A stretch of DNA of 61,668 bases, the filler included, from Sphacelaria rigidula (taxonomy: Eukaryota): the NCBI GenBank assembly GCA_964200075.2. It is 8 parts of 8 records of this genome, joined end to end, with 100 filler letters (N's around TTAATTAATTAA, not from the genome) between each part and the next. Parts side by side here need not be neighbours in the genome. Positions count along the whole stretch, not along the records: positions 1 to 7,622 come from CAXNAA020014055.1; positions 7,723 to 15,344 come from CAXNAA020014056.1; 6 more parts are not named here. One strand, 5' to 3'. Of the stretch, positions 1-10,846 are shown one piece after another (position 1 is the stretch's first letter; each line of letters begins with the position of its first letter). The notes below the pieces were generated by a model that worked only from the letters and a program-made list of their open reading frames with translations, was not told the DNA's origin and made no database searches. A program made the translations under genes and the position numbers.

Positions 1-159
1 AAATGCGCCCACTCCCTGCCACACGAAGCCTACGCTGCACCAGACCGTAAATACGGTGCAGGGGCGGACCACAGGCCATCAAAGCACGGAGTCATCGTGC
101 TCGTGCTCGCGCACTTCCATGCCCGACAAAAAATGGTTCCTATCTACGCAGCGACATAC

Positions 160-249
160 CTGCTTGCGCACCCCGTCGAGATATGCTTCTGAGCTGCTCT
201 GTGCCGCCAGTTCTCCGTGCCGATGTCGAGACCTCTCCTCCATGGACGT
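160..249 (-). CDS. Possible isolated coding exon of an unknown gene
   Basis: Minus strand reads gcacag|ACG TCC ATG GAG...AAG CAG|gtatgt: 90 nt, open (TSMEERSRHRHGELAAQSSSEAYLDGVRKQ), with a strong donor. No homology recognised. Confidence 0.35.
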
Positions 250-659
250 CTGTGCCTACTTGGGCTAGGATGTTTTCAAGTCTTGGAGCATGACTGTCTA
301 CTAGTATTGCCGTAGATGATAAATTAAAGTTCTGTACATTGCCTCCATAAGATTGAAAAGGAATAACACTGCGCTATGGGGCGCAAGCCGGCTGTAACAA
401 TTCATACCGCGTGGAGATTTCTACACTGTCTTGAAGTCATACTGCGCGCAGTTCCCACTTTTGTACGAGTAGTGTGCACGTCGCGGAAGGCAATAGCTTC
501 CATGCTGTGCACAGTACATGCTTTTTAAATTGTAAACGAGTACTGACTGTAGAAAGCTCTTGTCTAGGGTGTAATGGATTTCCATACATTTCAGGCAGTG
601 AGATCGTCAAATAATCCACAGCACATGGCCGAAGTAGAAGTGAGGTAATCACCGAAATA

Positions 660-1000
660 TTCCATACGTCGGATGAGCACGAGTGTGACTCGTGGCACTC
701 GCACTCGTTGGGCTGCTCGCTGGCCGAAACATTAATGGGGCGAGCACTCGAGTCATTGCTCGTTGTGGAAAAAACAATTAGGTTGAGCACAGGAGTCACT
801 GCTCGTAGTGGAAAAATGGAGAGGGCGAGCACTCGAGTCATCGCTCGTTGTGGGAAAAGGTGATGGCTTGAGCACACGAGTCATGGCTCGTTGTAAAAAA
901 AAGTTATGACTCGAGCGCACGAGTCATGCTCGTCGTGTTTTCGAAAAACATCCACGAGTGCACTCGTCTCGACGAGTGATGACTCGTCCGACGTATGAAA
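660..1000. mobile_element. MITE, TIR core TTTCAYRCGTCGGAC family
   Basis: ttccatacgtcggatgag at ~660 is inverted against ctcgtccgacgtatgaaa at ~983-1000. The interior carries repeated gagcac(t)cgagtca..gctcgttgtggaaaa units. Confidence 0.7.
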
Positions 1001-1554
1001 AATACCGTGGCTCAACAAACATATATTTACACATTTGGCTACTTACACACTGTTGTATGTAGTGAAGTGTAGAAGAACGTGTACAATTTTAGCTCGAAAC
1101 TCCTGAAATCGGGCTGTGCATTCCATAGTTTGTATCTCAACGCGCCATAGCGATCGCGGGTACTACCAACCCAGTTAGTCGCTAGGATGTACTATTGGAC
1201 CAGACGTGGGTGCCGCTTTTTGCTTCCCCCTAAGACCGCGAGAAGAGGTCACCTGCTGAATCGGCACCATTTTTCAGTTGAAAAAAGTTGGCGTGATCCA
1301 GATGGACTACCCGCACCGCGGTCTAAGGTTCAACCGGCTTTGCACGGCTCATTTCTAGGAGTCAGGAGCTGAATTTCTTCTGCAATATCCATATGACGCG
1401 GGCGGGGACATTTCAAGAAAAAAAAGAAGACAATATAGAGCTGCTGCAGTAGCTGTCGGGTCGTGTAATGTCCGGCACTACTACTACATATTACACTGTC
1501 GAGAAATACTATATCCTCTGCGAGATGACCATCCGAACGAACCGTACGTCGGTA

Positions 1555-2670
1555 AAGCTTCCACACGTAGGATAGTTCATGAGCTGCCTCATCTACGGGC
1601 GGTAGCTCACTTGTAGTCGAACATGTACATGTGAGCTACGAGTTAGTAGCTCACCCGGGGCAAACATACGTAGCTCATACAGCTCTCATAGCTCACCCAG
1701 GGCGAATATGGGCTGATGAGCTACAGGCTGGTAGCTCACCTATCGTAAACGTGCGTAGCTCATACAGCTCCCGTAGCTCACCGAGGGCAACCATGCGTAG
1801 CTCACTAGCTCTTGTAGCTCACTCCGGGAAAACATGTGTAGCTCACGCACTTCTTACAGCTAATCCAGGGAAAACATATACGGATGAGCTACGCTCGATA
1901 GCTCACCCAAGGCAAACATGTGTTATGTGAGTAAGTGTAATCCCGTCTTCCACATCGATCGTCTGTTGCGAAGGATCCAGATGCACGGCATCACTTCCGA
2001 CTGAAGCGCGGCTAGAGCTGCTGCCCCCCCCGGTCGCCATCCAGGGCGAATTGTGTGTGTATGTGATGGCTATGATGCGGATGACTTCTGATGCAGCCAT
2101 GTTGATTGTTGATGTTTACAAAAAGCAACTCAATCGTTACAGGAAACGTAACAGGTGTGAGAACATCTAACCGTTGTCACGTACATACAATATCGAAGTG
2201 CATGAGCATCGGAGCAAAAACAACTCCAAGATTGGCGTGGCTCCAATAGCTCTTTAGCTCAACCAGAGCAATCATGCGTAGCTCCCGTAGCTCTCATCGT
2301 TCATCCAGGGCAAACATGCGTAGCTCATGCATCTCCCATAGCTCATCCGGGGCAAACATGCGTAGCTCATGCAGCTCTCATAGCTTATCCAGGGGAAACA
2401 TGCGTAGCTCATGTAGCTCTCATAGCTCACCCAGGACGAATCTGAGCTGATGGGCCACGGGTTGGTAGGTCACCTATCGCAAACGCACGTGGCTCATACA
2501 GCTCCCAAAGCCCACCCAGGACGAATCTGAGCTGATGAGCTACGAGTTGGTAGCTCACCCCAGGAAGAACATGCGTAGCTCATGTAGCTCTCATAGCTCA
2601 CTAGGGAGCTACGCTAAAGAAGAGCTAGCTCGAGCTATAGGGAGCTGATCTGTCCGACGTGTGAAAGCTT
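1555..2670. mobile_element. Non-autonomous TIR element with AGCT-rich subterminal tandem repeats (same TIR family)
   Basis: Left end aagcttccacacgtaggatag; right end ctgtccgacgtgtgaaagctt. Many ~40-50 bp gtagctca/catagctcacccagg units flank a unique core at ~1935-2270. Confidence 0.75.
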
Positions 2671-4645
2671 ATCGTGTTCAGAGATCACCGCAAGGCGCTG
2701 GAACTTTGCTCAGATGTCATTTGCAGCACGATCAATGGGCCCTTGTGGCTAATCCTGGACTTGTATGTTGCAGGACCGTGCAATGAGACTTCAAGAGGTC
2801 AGACTTCTAGTAAGAACTTCTTTTTCCGTGTGAGACTGTACAATGGTAATTTTTTCGACACGGTTGCTCCCACGGTGCAGATCGCGAGCTCTCCGTGGTC
2901 ACGGAATCACCGGAGTACATACCCGATGCGTGTAACGGGTAATACCCACGACCACCCCGAAGCAACACCACTCGGTGCATTTCGTCTTGCAGATAATGTT
3001 GACACCGGGCTTGTTCACCGGGGGTGCATATTCTACCAACCGTCCCCACATCGCTCTCTCTCTTTGCTTGGTGCTATACAGCAACAAAGCAGTGTGCGAC
3101 TATCTTGACAGCACGCGAGGGAGCAGGCAGGTCGCAAAACTGCACACAGAAAAAAACGCCTCCTGTGACCATGTGCTCCCAAGGTTGAGTTTCGTATCGC
3201 AAGTAGTTCAACACCAACTTGACCGTCACCTTGGCGATATTGGGCGATTTGTAGAGCAACATAGTGACAAATTTGACCCATCAAAACCATCGGAATGGTC
3301 ACGCCACACACCCCAGGTCTGTTTCCCTGAAGATCATTTCCCTGAACACACGTATGTTTGATTTGTGAAGCTTTCAACAATCTGGAACCCCCCCGCCTCC
3401 CTCTGGAAACCTCTGTATTCCGCCGGACTGTTTGACGACGTTACTGCTCCGAGACGAGGAGTTGGTCGAAGGCCTTACCTGTTTGCCGTCTAGGGCTGTA
3501 CATCTCTTGAATCAGCACCAGTTCCACTTGGAAAAATGGTGTCGGACCAGGCGTGCGTCCGCGGGTGCTCCAAGGATCGAAATGCGGTTACACACGCACA
3601 CACATACAACAGTCCGCACCCCTGCAGAAGCTGGCATCACCTCTGGTCACGCGCACCCTGATGACACGCTATCACTTGGGGACACAAATGATGACCTCAC
3701 CTTCCGAATTCCCTGTAGAACACTCGGAGTGACAATGTCAAGTCCCAAAAACGTCGGCGGGTGTAGGAAACTCCATAGCCTACGGTACGTCAACCGCACT
3801 TGCTGTTCAAAACGAGAAAACTTCGGCACTTCTCTTATGGTCTCGCCGCAAATCATGCAAACAACAATCAAGACATGTTGAAGCTGACAACGCTCTGTCA
3901 GCAGCAGCAGCGTAAAAACATACATGCTGCCCCATAAGTTCGTTGTGAGTTCGTTGTGGATGCTGTCCTGTGCTGTACTGTACTTGATTGTACTGTGGAT
4001 GATATATTTGATGTTTTGCATTTTGTTGCCCATCTGCAACATTGTTACTCCTTGATCGCACCTTTTTGTTCGTCGCCAGCGACGAGAAAGTTACTGATAC
4101 GTTATGATTGATAGTCCTATGGCAGCAGTCTAGGTTTGTCGCGGCCGTGGAACTCTCTGTTGGCACTCAAAAACGCCAACCGTTGCCCACGAATTCACGC
4201 TTCGTGGGCTGATTACATTTTATGGGTCTACAACAGACTACAGTATCATCCGTAAGCGTTTTTTCCTAACTACATCTGCAGCTAACCGCCGCATTTTGCC
4301 TCAATCCCAGCGAACGTTGATGTCGCTCCCTTTACCACCGTTGAAAGACGGCGATACGATATTACAAGACAGCCCATCACGAGCAGGGTACCAGCTCTGT
4401 GGCATGGGCGGTGTTTCCATGCCAGCGCCTTACCGAGTGTAGTGTTGTCGAGGCTCTCCTGGCGTGCAAAACTGGTTTACAAGTTGATATGTGGGTGGCA
4501 ACTGAGTTATGACGTAAAAAAAGAAACGATCTCGTTTCTACCTATTAGAGTTCACGGCATCATATCATCGTCGGGCCCTCCTTCCCCTCCTTCGCCGCCA
4601 TTTTGCTCATCTCGGAGCATGTTCGCTCGCTGTTGCGAAAACTAG

Positions 4646-5486
4646 CTTGGAATCTCTCATGCGCGGAGTGGGCTTCACGTCTATTTTTCCGAGCGACATT
4701 AAAGCCTCGAACGTTGACGAGAAGGATTTCCTCTCATGTGCTTTCTTTAAGAATGTACATGGGCCACTCATGAAGCCATCCTAACCCCTCCCCCCCCTTC
4801 CCTCCCCCTCTCTTTCCTGTCCCTCCGACGTCCCCTTGTAAATCTGATATGTTCGTCTTCCTTTGCCTCCATATGTTTAGAACCGGCGCGCTGGCTGGCC
4901 CGCTCCATTGACTGCGTCGTCTGATGAAAATGAAGATAATGTTGGAGTCGAGAATGACCAAGATGAGGCAGAGGAGGAAGAAGAGGGGGAAGAAGAAGAG
5001 GAGGAGGAGGAGGAGGAGGAGGAGGAAGCTTGGAGTGGCTCTCGCAGAAGCAGCCGGCGTTCGGTTCGCCGTGACTCCGCCGCTGCGGCCCCCCGGAGGG
5101 AGAGCACGAGGATCGCAGCAGCCGCGGCGGCGGGTGAAGGCGGGCGGCGGACGAGCACCAGGAGAAGTAGCAGTAGTGCGGCTGCAGCTGTGCGAGCTGC
5201 GGGGACCGAGGGGCGCCCAGCGTATGGTTTCCGCGACCGTTCGACCATCAAGCCGACGGAGCGCCTTACGTACCCGGTGGTGAGGTTGACAACCGTGGAG
5301 GGGGAGTGGGGGGAAATTGACAAAGCAGATGGAGACGGAGGGAAGGAGGGAGATGAGAGCAACTCGAACAAGCATAACAACATACTTTCATGTGACGTTA
5401 CTGATCTCCTGCCTCCTCCAAAAGACACCGTTCTGAACCATGGTATTTTTCACTGCCTTGCGTACACCGTGGAAGATGGTGTATGA
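4646..5486 (+). CDS. Hypothetical gene fragment: exon 4646-4754 plus acidic/low-complexity terminal exon 4881-5486
   Basis: actag|C TTG GAA...AAG AAT|gtacat, then a pyrimidine tract and tttag|AAC CGG... in the same phase. The second exon contains poly-Glu and an Arg/Ser/Ala-rich tract. No family recognised; could be TE-derived. Confidence 0.4.
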
Positions 5487-5585
5487 CACCCCCTGGTTAT
5501 GACTATTCGGGTCCCGAACAATCATCATCCGCGGGGTGGTATTTAGGTTGATACATTACTATGTGCCCTCGTATGATACTGGAGA

Positions 5586-6200
5586 TACTTCCTCTGTCAC
5601 ATAAGTTAGGACCGAATTTCGGCGCAGATCGTATCTTTTCAACGGAGGCGCCTGATGCTAAAATTAGTTTCATCGGAAATATATTTTTTACAGCTAACTG
5701 ATGCAAAAAAGAAGAATGATTTGCGATTTTGTTGCATCTCGAACTATGGGTCAAAAAGTCCCCAAAATTGGTCAATTTCGGCTACATTTCGAGAATGTCT
5801 TTGAGAATTTAGGGTAAAGCACACCGGGGTATCCGCGCGGCAGAGGGCGGGAACGTTGGAAAGGACAGTCAAGTACGACAAGAAGGCCTTCACAAAGACT
5901 TGGGACTATCTGGCATCATGCACGAGAGATGGAGAGGGTGATCAACTGTTTATTTTTTGCCCATGTTTTCTTCCTTTTTCGGCACTTTTTTGTTCGTGGA
6001 AAAGGGGTAAAAAACGGCCTCTTTTGGGCCGGCTTTTTTTTTTCTGGCCGCTACTCCATCTGGAGTTATGCGAATTGAAAAAAAACATTGTACTTACCTT
6101 AAAAACGCCAAGGATCTCAATGAAAAGAAACGAAAACAGCATCAGAGACCGTTTAGGACGTCTGTGAAAAATTCGGTCCTAACTTATGTGACAGGAAGTA
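5586..6200. mobile_element. Tc1/mariner (Stowaway-like) MITE with TA flanks
   Basis: TA|cttcctctgtcacataagttaggaccgaattt ... aaattcggtcctaacttatgtgacaggaag|TA: ~30-bp TIRs and a TA dinucleotide on each side. Confidence 0.8.
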
Positions 6201-6899
6201 TAAGATTGGTACCACAACTGACCGATAGCTCATCATATTGGGGGCGGCGGGGAGGCTGGGGGGAGGGAGGCGGGCTCATTCAGGGGATAGTCTACCACGC
6301 ACCGGTGATATCCCACCATATTTTACACAGTGTGTATGTACAATTCATCCTCGCATGGCAGCGACAGGTTACCGTATGTAAAGCAACCGGGTACAAGAGT
6401 GATAGCTTAGGATTGAAGTAACTTGAAGTAGATATCGCACGGACCATGCGTCAAGTTTGGTGGCAAAGGTGTGAATCGTGTTTGAAATGTATGCCACCTG
6501 CCTTCGTGCTTATCTTCCAGTCCGCACTCTGGTGGGAATGTGACGGCGTGGAAAATCTTGAACAAGAGGCTAAAATACTGTCCGTGTACTGTGCTGCACT
6601 GCCAATATCACAACCTGCGCAATACCGTGCTATATACAGCGTATCGGTTCTAGTTTCTGGGGGTTAATTGAATGTACTTGTTGCATATACGAAAAACGCG
6701 ATTGACGCTCATTAATTCTAACCCTTCAGGGACCAAAAGAGACGGGTTTTCAGCATGCTGTCCGAGGCATATTCCAGGAGGACATGTTAACCCTTGTGTG
6801 CACTGCATTTTAGAATGTCACCGCAGGAGAACTCGTAGATAGCACCAGGTCATACAAGGACCAAGTGACACACACATACATATGTATACCACAGGCACC

Positions 6900-7295
6900 G
6901 TAGGTAAGGTAGGTAACCGGTACCGGTAGTGAGTACATCTCATACCCTACCGATACCAGTCCAATCGGGTATTGCAGTGGTATTCCAGTGGTGTTTTCAA
7001 ATGCCACACCTACGATACCCATGGTACCACGGTATTTCGAGATGTCAAAACCGCATCCGCTCGATCGGGCATGTTCATAACTCATACCTACCAAACCCAC
7101 GATACCACGGTATTTCGAGATTTCAATACCGACCGTACTCGCCCAATCGGGTATTTTCAAATGTCGCACGTACAATTTTTGCGATACCACGGGTTTTCGA
7201 GATACCAATCCCTACCGTACCCGCTCAATCAGGTGTTTTCAAATGTCGTACCTACGATACCACGATACTACGGCATTTCGAGATTTCGATACCTA
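6900..7295. repeat. Degenerate tandem repeat array (cgataccacggtatttcgagat / gtattttcaaatgtcg units)
   Basis: About four ~90-100 bp imperfect units; probably the subterminal region of a TIR element. Confidence 0.6.
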
Positions 7296-7300
7296 TTGCT

Positions 7301-7615
7301 GCCGCGCCCCGGTGGTGTAATGGTTCGACTCTCGCCATTAGGGTGGAGAGAATGGGGGTTCGATTCCCGATGCGTCGGACTTTTTATTCTTAATGCATGA
7401 TTTCCACCGTGGAAAGCGTGAGAACGTGAGTAGATGAAGTACAGTAGTCGACTGGGCTGTGTGACGTGAGTTGACGCGGTGCGGGAATTCTGACCCAATC
7501 CGCGAGACGAAAATAAAAGACGCGTACCGGGGGAGAGATGGGTTGATCCCTTGAGACCACGTACTCATTCCGAGGAAGGGGAGGGGTTCAAAGTGTGAGA
7601 AGAAGAAGAAAAAAG
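7301..7615 (+). mobile_element. tRNA-derived SINE, copy A
   Basis: Head gccgcgccccGGTGGTGTAATGG (A-box-like) and GGGTTCGATTCCC (B-box), a ~230-bp body shared with other copies, and an (AAG)n/A tail. Confidence 0.8.
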
Positions 7616-7622
7616 CGTACCC

Positions 7623-7722
7623 NNNNNNNNNNNNNNNNNNNNNNNNNNNNNNNNNNNNNNNNNNNNTTAATTAATTAANNNNNNNNNNNNNNNNNNNNNN
7701 NNNNNNNNNNNNNNNNNNNNNN
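7623..7722. other. Artificial contig spacer
   Basis: N44-TTAATTAATTAA-N44. Confidence 0.98.
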
Positions 7723-8852
7723 GGCTTTGCAGGGATGCGAGGTCAATGGTCGTATGAATATGGCATGCATGATCATGAGTACACCCTCCTCAAAAACCGC
7801 CCCCCCGGCCACTGGAAACCCTCCATGTCTCCGGACTGTCAGCCTGTGAAATTGTTCCGAGGCGACGCTCGCTGTCTAAGGGTTATGATTTGGACCATCT
7901 TTTATGGCAACGAATCTTGTTTTTCTTGCCGCGATACTCAAATTCGAGGTTGGTGGCTGCCATAACAGATGGTCTCAGGACACCAACTTCGGACACACGT
8001 TCGTTAAGGCAAGGACAAGGCCGCCAGTGTTGGTGGCTATTCAGTTTCGCTCGATGTCACCGGTTTCGTGAGCACACGCGACCGTTTCTTGCGAAACGCA
8101 ACCGTCGGAAACCGGTCAAGCCGAGCGTAATTCAATAGACGCCAACACTGTCGACCTTGAGCTGGCCTTAAGGAACACGGGTACAAACTTCAGTGCCTCA
8201 AATATATTTTAAAAAAAGTGCGAGAAGTCAAGCAAACGTGAAATTGTTTCGAGAATACGGTGTCCCGGTGCACTCCCGACTCATGACCCAGAGAACTGGC
8301 TCAATCTGGCTGATCTTTCCAACCACTGGACGCTGACGACCTCGGACATCCTTCATCCTTGCAGGAAAACGCGTGTGAAATTTTGTTCGACAACTCTTGA
8401 AGAACGACGTGAAAATTGGGGCAAAGTAAAATTGTTTCGAGAATGTGGAGCATGCAGCGGCCTGGAAAACCAGCAGACCGGTGAAACCGAGTGGAGAGAC
8501 AAATATCTAGGCACAGCTGATCTTCGGCTTCAACAAGGAACACGAATGAAAACAATGATCTCCACATTTTAAAATTAGCCCTGAGAAGTAGACCAAATGT
8601 GAAAATGTTCTGATAATGCAGGGCGGGGGGATACAATAGTCGGGAGTCCCAGGAAACCGCTGAAACCGAGCGAGACTGAATTGGCACCAACACTGGTGAA
8701 CTCTCCTTTCTTTTCGTAACATCCGTGTGAAAAATGGATTCGTGACTCCTACAAATGACGTGTGAAATGTAGCGAGCGGGAACATGTTCCGTAATTGCAG
8801 GGCACATGACGGCATTGCTGCGAGAAAATGGCGTTCCTTCGGCTACGCTTCA

Positions 8853-9162
8853 TTTTTTTTTTAATTTCCTTACACTTTGAACCCATCTCCTTCCTCGGGA
8901 TGAGTCCGCGGTCTTAAGGGATCAATCCATCTCTCCACCGGTGCGTGCCTTTCATTTTGGTCTTGTAGATTGGGTCAGCACTCCCGCACCACGTCAACTC
9001 ATGTCACACAGACCCAGTTGACTACTTTGGTTACTCACGCTCTCACGCTTTCCACGTGGAAATCATACATCACGAAGAAAATAACCGATGCATCGGGAAT
9101 CGAACCCCCGTTCTCTCCACCCCTATGGCGACAGTCGGACCATTACACCATCGGGGCGCGGC
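8853..9162 (-). mobile_element. tRNA-derived SINE, copy B
   Basis: Reverse complement reads gccgcgccccgatggtgtaatggtccgactgtcgcc...gggttcgattcccgatgcatcgg, followed by the same body and a poly-A tail (T-run at 8853-8862). Confidence 0.8.
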
Positions 9163-9774
9163 GGCATGTGCGACAATGTGAAATCAAATCGAGTGCGAAA
9201 TGTGGCTCAAGTTCTCGCTTTGTCTCAGGATGCTGTCTGAATTTTTGCGTGGGTTACGAACGGCGCTTCGCCCTGAAGGCGACTCTGTGTCGGATGCACA
9301 CGGCTGTTTGCTGTGTGCACGAAGTGTACTCGTACGAACATGCGGTGAATCTACCGTAACACTGCCCAAATATAGCTGGGCAATTGGTGTTTTAGTAATT
9401 TCATCTAACTACATCCTAAATCCTTCAAACTTCGAGATCCTCTGTTTCGCACAGCCCTAGCGCCTACTACTGTAGCGCTCCATCACTGCCCGACACTGAA
9501 GGAAAAGCCACGTCACTGTGTTCTCTGTATTTTAGGGAGCATTCGCATTCCCATACCTTTGCATGTTTTTAAAAAAACTGTACTCGTATGCGAGGAGAGA
9601 ATGTTGGTCGACAAAACTTCGGGAGTGTCCCTCGCACCAGGCTGGAGAGTGATGGGACCAACGGACACCACGAGTATCAATTGGGAACCATGTCACATAC
9701 TACAGTGAAATACTAGCTGTGGGAGCAACAACCGTGCTGTGGCATATCTTATACCGTAATTGTGCGATTCATCA

Positions 9775-9951
9775 CACACCCCCTGGACCGAATTTCAAAG
9801 CTCGATTACTGCACAGCAAGAAGAGCATCAGTTCTGAAAAGGGTGACGCTGGGAAGATCTCGTCGATAACTGTCCGAGAACGCGTCGTTTGGTATTGGCA
9901 CCCTCTTCGTCATGGAGTAATCGAGCTTTGAAATTCGGTCCAGGGGGTGTG
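9775..9951. mobile_element. Short MITE with ~36-bp perfect TIRs
   Basis: cacaccccctggaccgaatttcaaagctcgattact (9775-9810) / agtaatcgagctttgaaattcggtccagggggtgtg (9916-9951). Confidence 0.85.
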
Positions 9952-10552
9952 CGATGACTCGCACTATCACGGTACTAGACAACGTGACGGGGTGCAACCC
10001 CCCGCGATGATTTTTAATTATTCCAGTCATGGCTTCTTCCAAGGTGCTGAGCCACCGCCGCCGGAAGTGGGTGTCGTTGACTGATCTCGTTGACTTATTC
10101 GGGCACAGAGTGTCCAGAGGTTCTTGTTTTTCATTAAATCAAGGTGGAGGTATACATCAATTGAGGGTTGTTACTACTTACTCTTCGACAGTACGTACCG
10201 GCGGTCACCGGTGCGGTAGGCCATACACGATGAGTGACGGCACACACACTGTCCCCCAGTTGGCATATCTGATCATACTCGGGAAATCAAGCTGCTAAAC
10301 GACAGCAGCCAACCCGAAATTAAGAAGCGTCAAATAGAAGCAAAATCTTACTCTGACAGGAATAGGAGCAAGCATCGCGCTCGTAACGGCCTTGAGTGAA
10401 GTCCACATGTACTGTGGTAGTCTTCGCAATGGGCTTTTGTACTACAGCTGTTATGTGTCTGTTCTGACTATAAAGCATGCTGCTGTTGTGTGATATCGTA
10501 CGACGGCCCAGCAGTGTGCACCTACCGAGTTGCTACGAATGATAGGCCATAC

Positions 10553-10646
10553 CTTGCTTTTTCTTCTTGAAGGCGTTAGCCCGTCCATCCTTTCCTGAAG
10601 CAAATCGCTCAAGCGTGAGAGTCCGCGGGTGCTCCTTCATCGCCAT
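10553..10646 (-). CDS. First coding exon of a gene divergent from ARFRP1; basic protein, possibly FYV7/TAP26-like rRNA-processing factor
   Basis: ATG GCG ATG AAG...AAG CAA G|gtatgg encodes MAMKEHPRTLTLERFASGKDGRANAFKKKKQ. The LTLERFA...KKK pattern resembles FYV7-like N-termini (from memory). Later exons not found in the contig. Confidence 0.5.
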
Positions 10647-10846
10647 GATAGACCAGCATATACTGCGGCCAGAGTGTATAGCTTAGGCAAAGCGCTGGGT
10701 CATACTCTTGTACCAAACACAGAAGCCATTTTCCAACTCATGGGAAAACCCATTATCTAGCAGATGTAGCACTTGCAGCGCGGTCTATCCCATCGTTCAG
10801 TCTCCGTTGTCAACTTGATCTGCGAGTGAGGATAGCTTCGAATTTT

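Noticed and set aside
1590..2640. CRISPR-like regularly spaced repeats (also 700-960 and 6950-7290)
   Set aside because: The units are degenerate tandem repeats without unique spacers. The first two sets lie inside TIR elements, the DNA is eukaryotic, and there are no cas genes.
2674..4040. Possible Helitron or other TE coding debris on the minus strand (VCMICGE...)
   Set aside because: Fragmentary, with no diagnostic Rep, helicase or transposase motif recognised.
7301..7380. tRNA gene calls at the SINE heads (also ~9085-9162 and ~23907-23985)
   Set aside because: A and B boxes are present but there is no convincing acceptor or anticodon stem, and each head is fused to the same 230-bp body, so these are SINEs rather than tRNAs.
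7667..7678. Periodic TTAATTAATTAA motif every ~7.72 kb
   Set aside because: Synthetic linker inside N runs.
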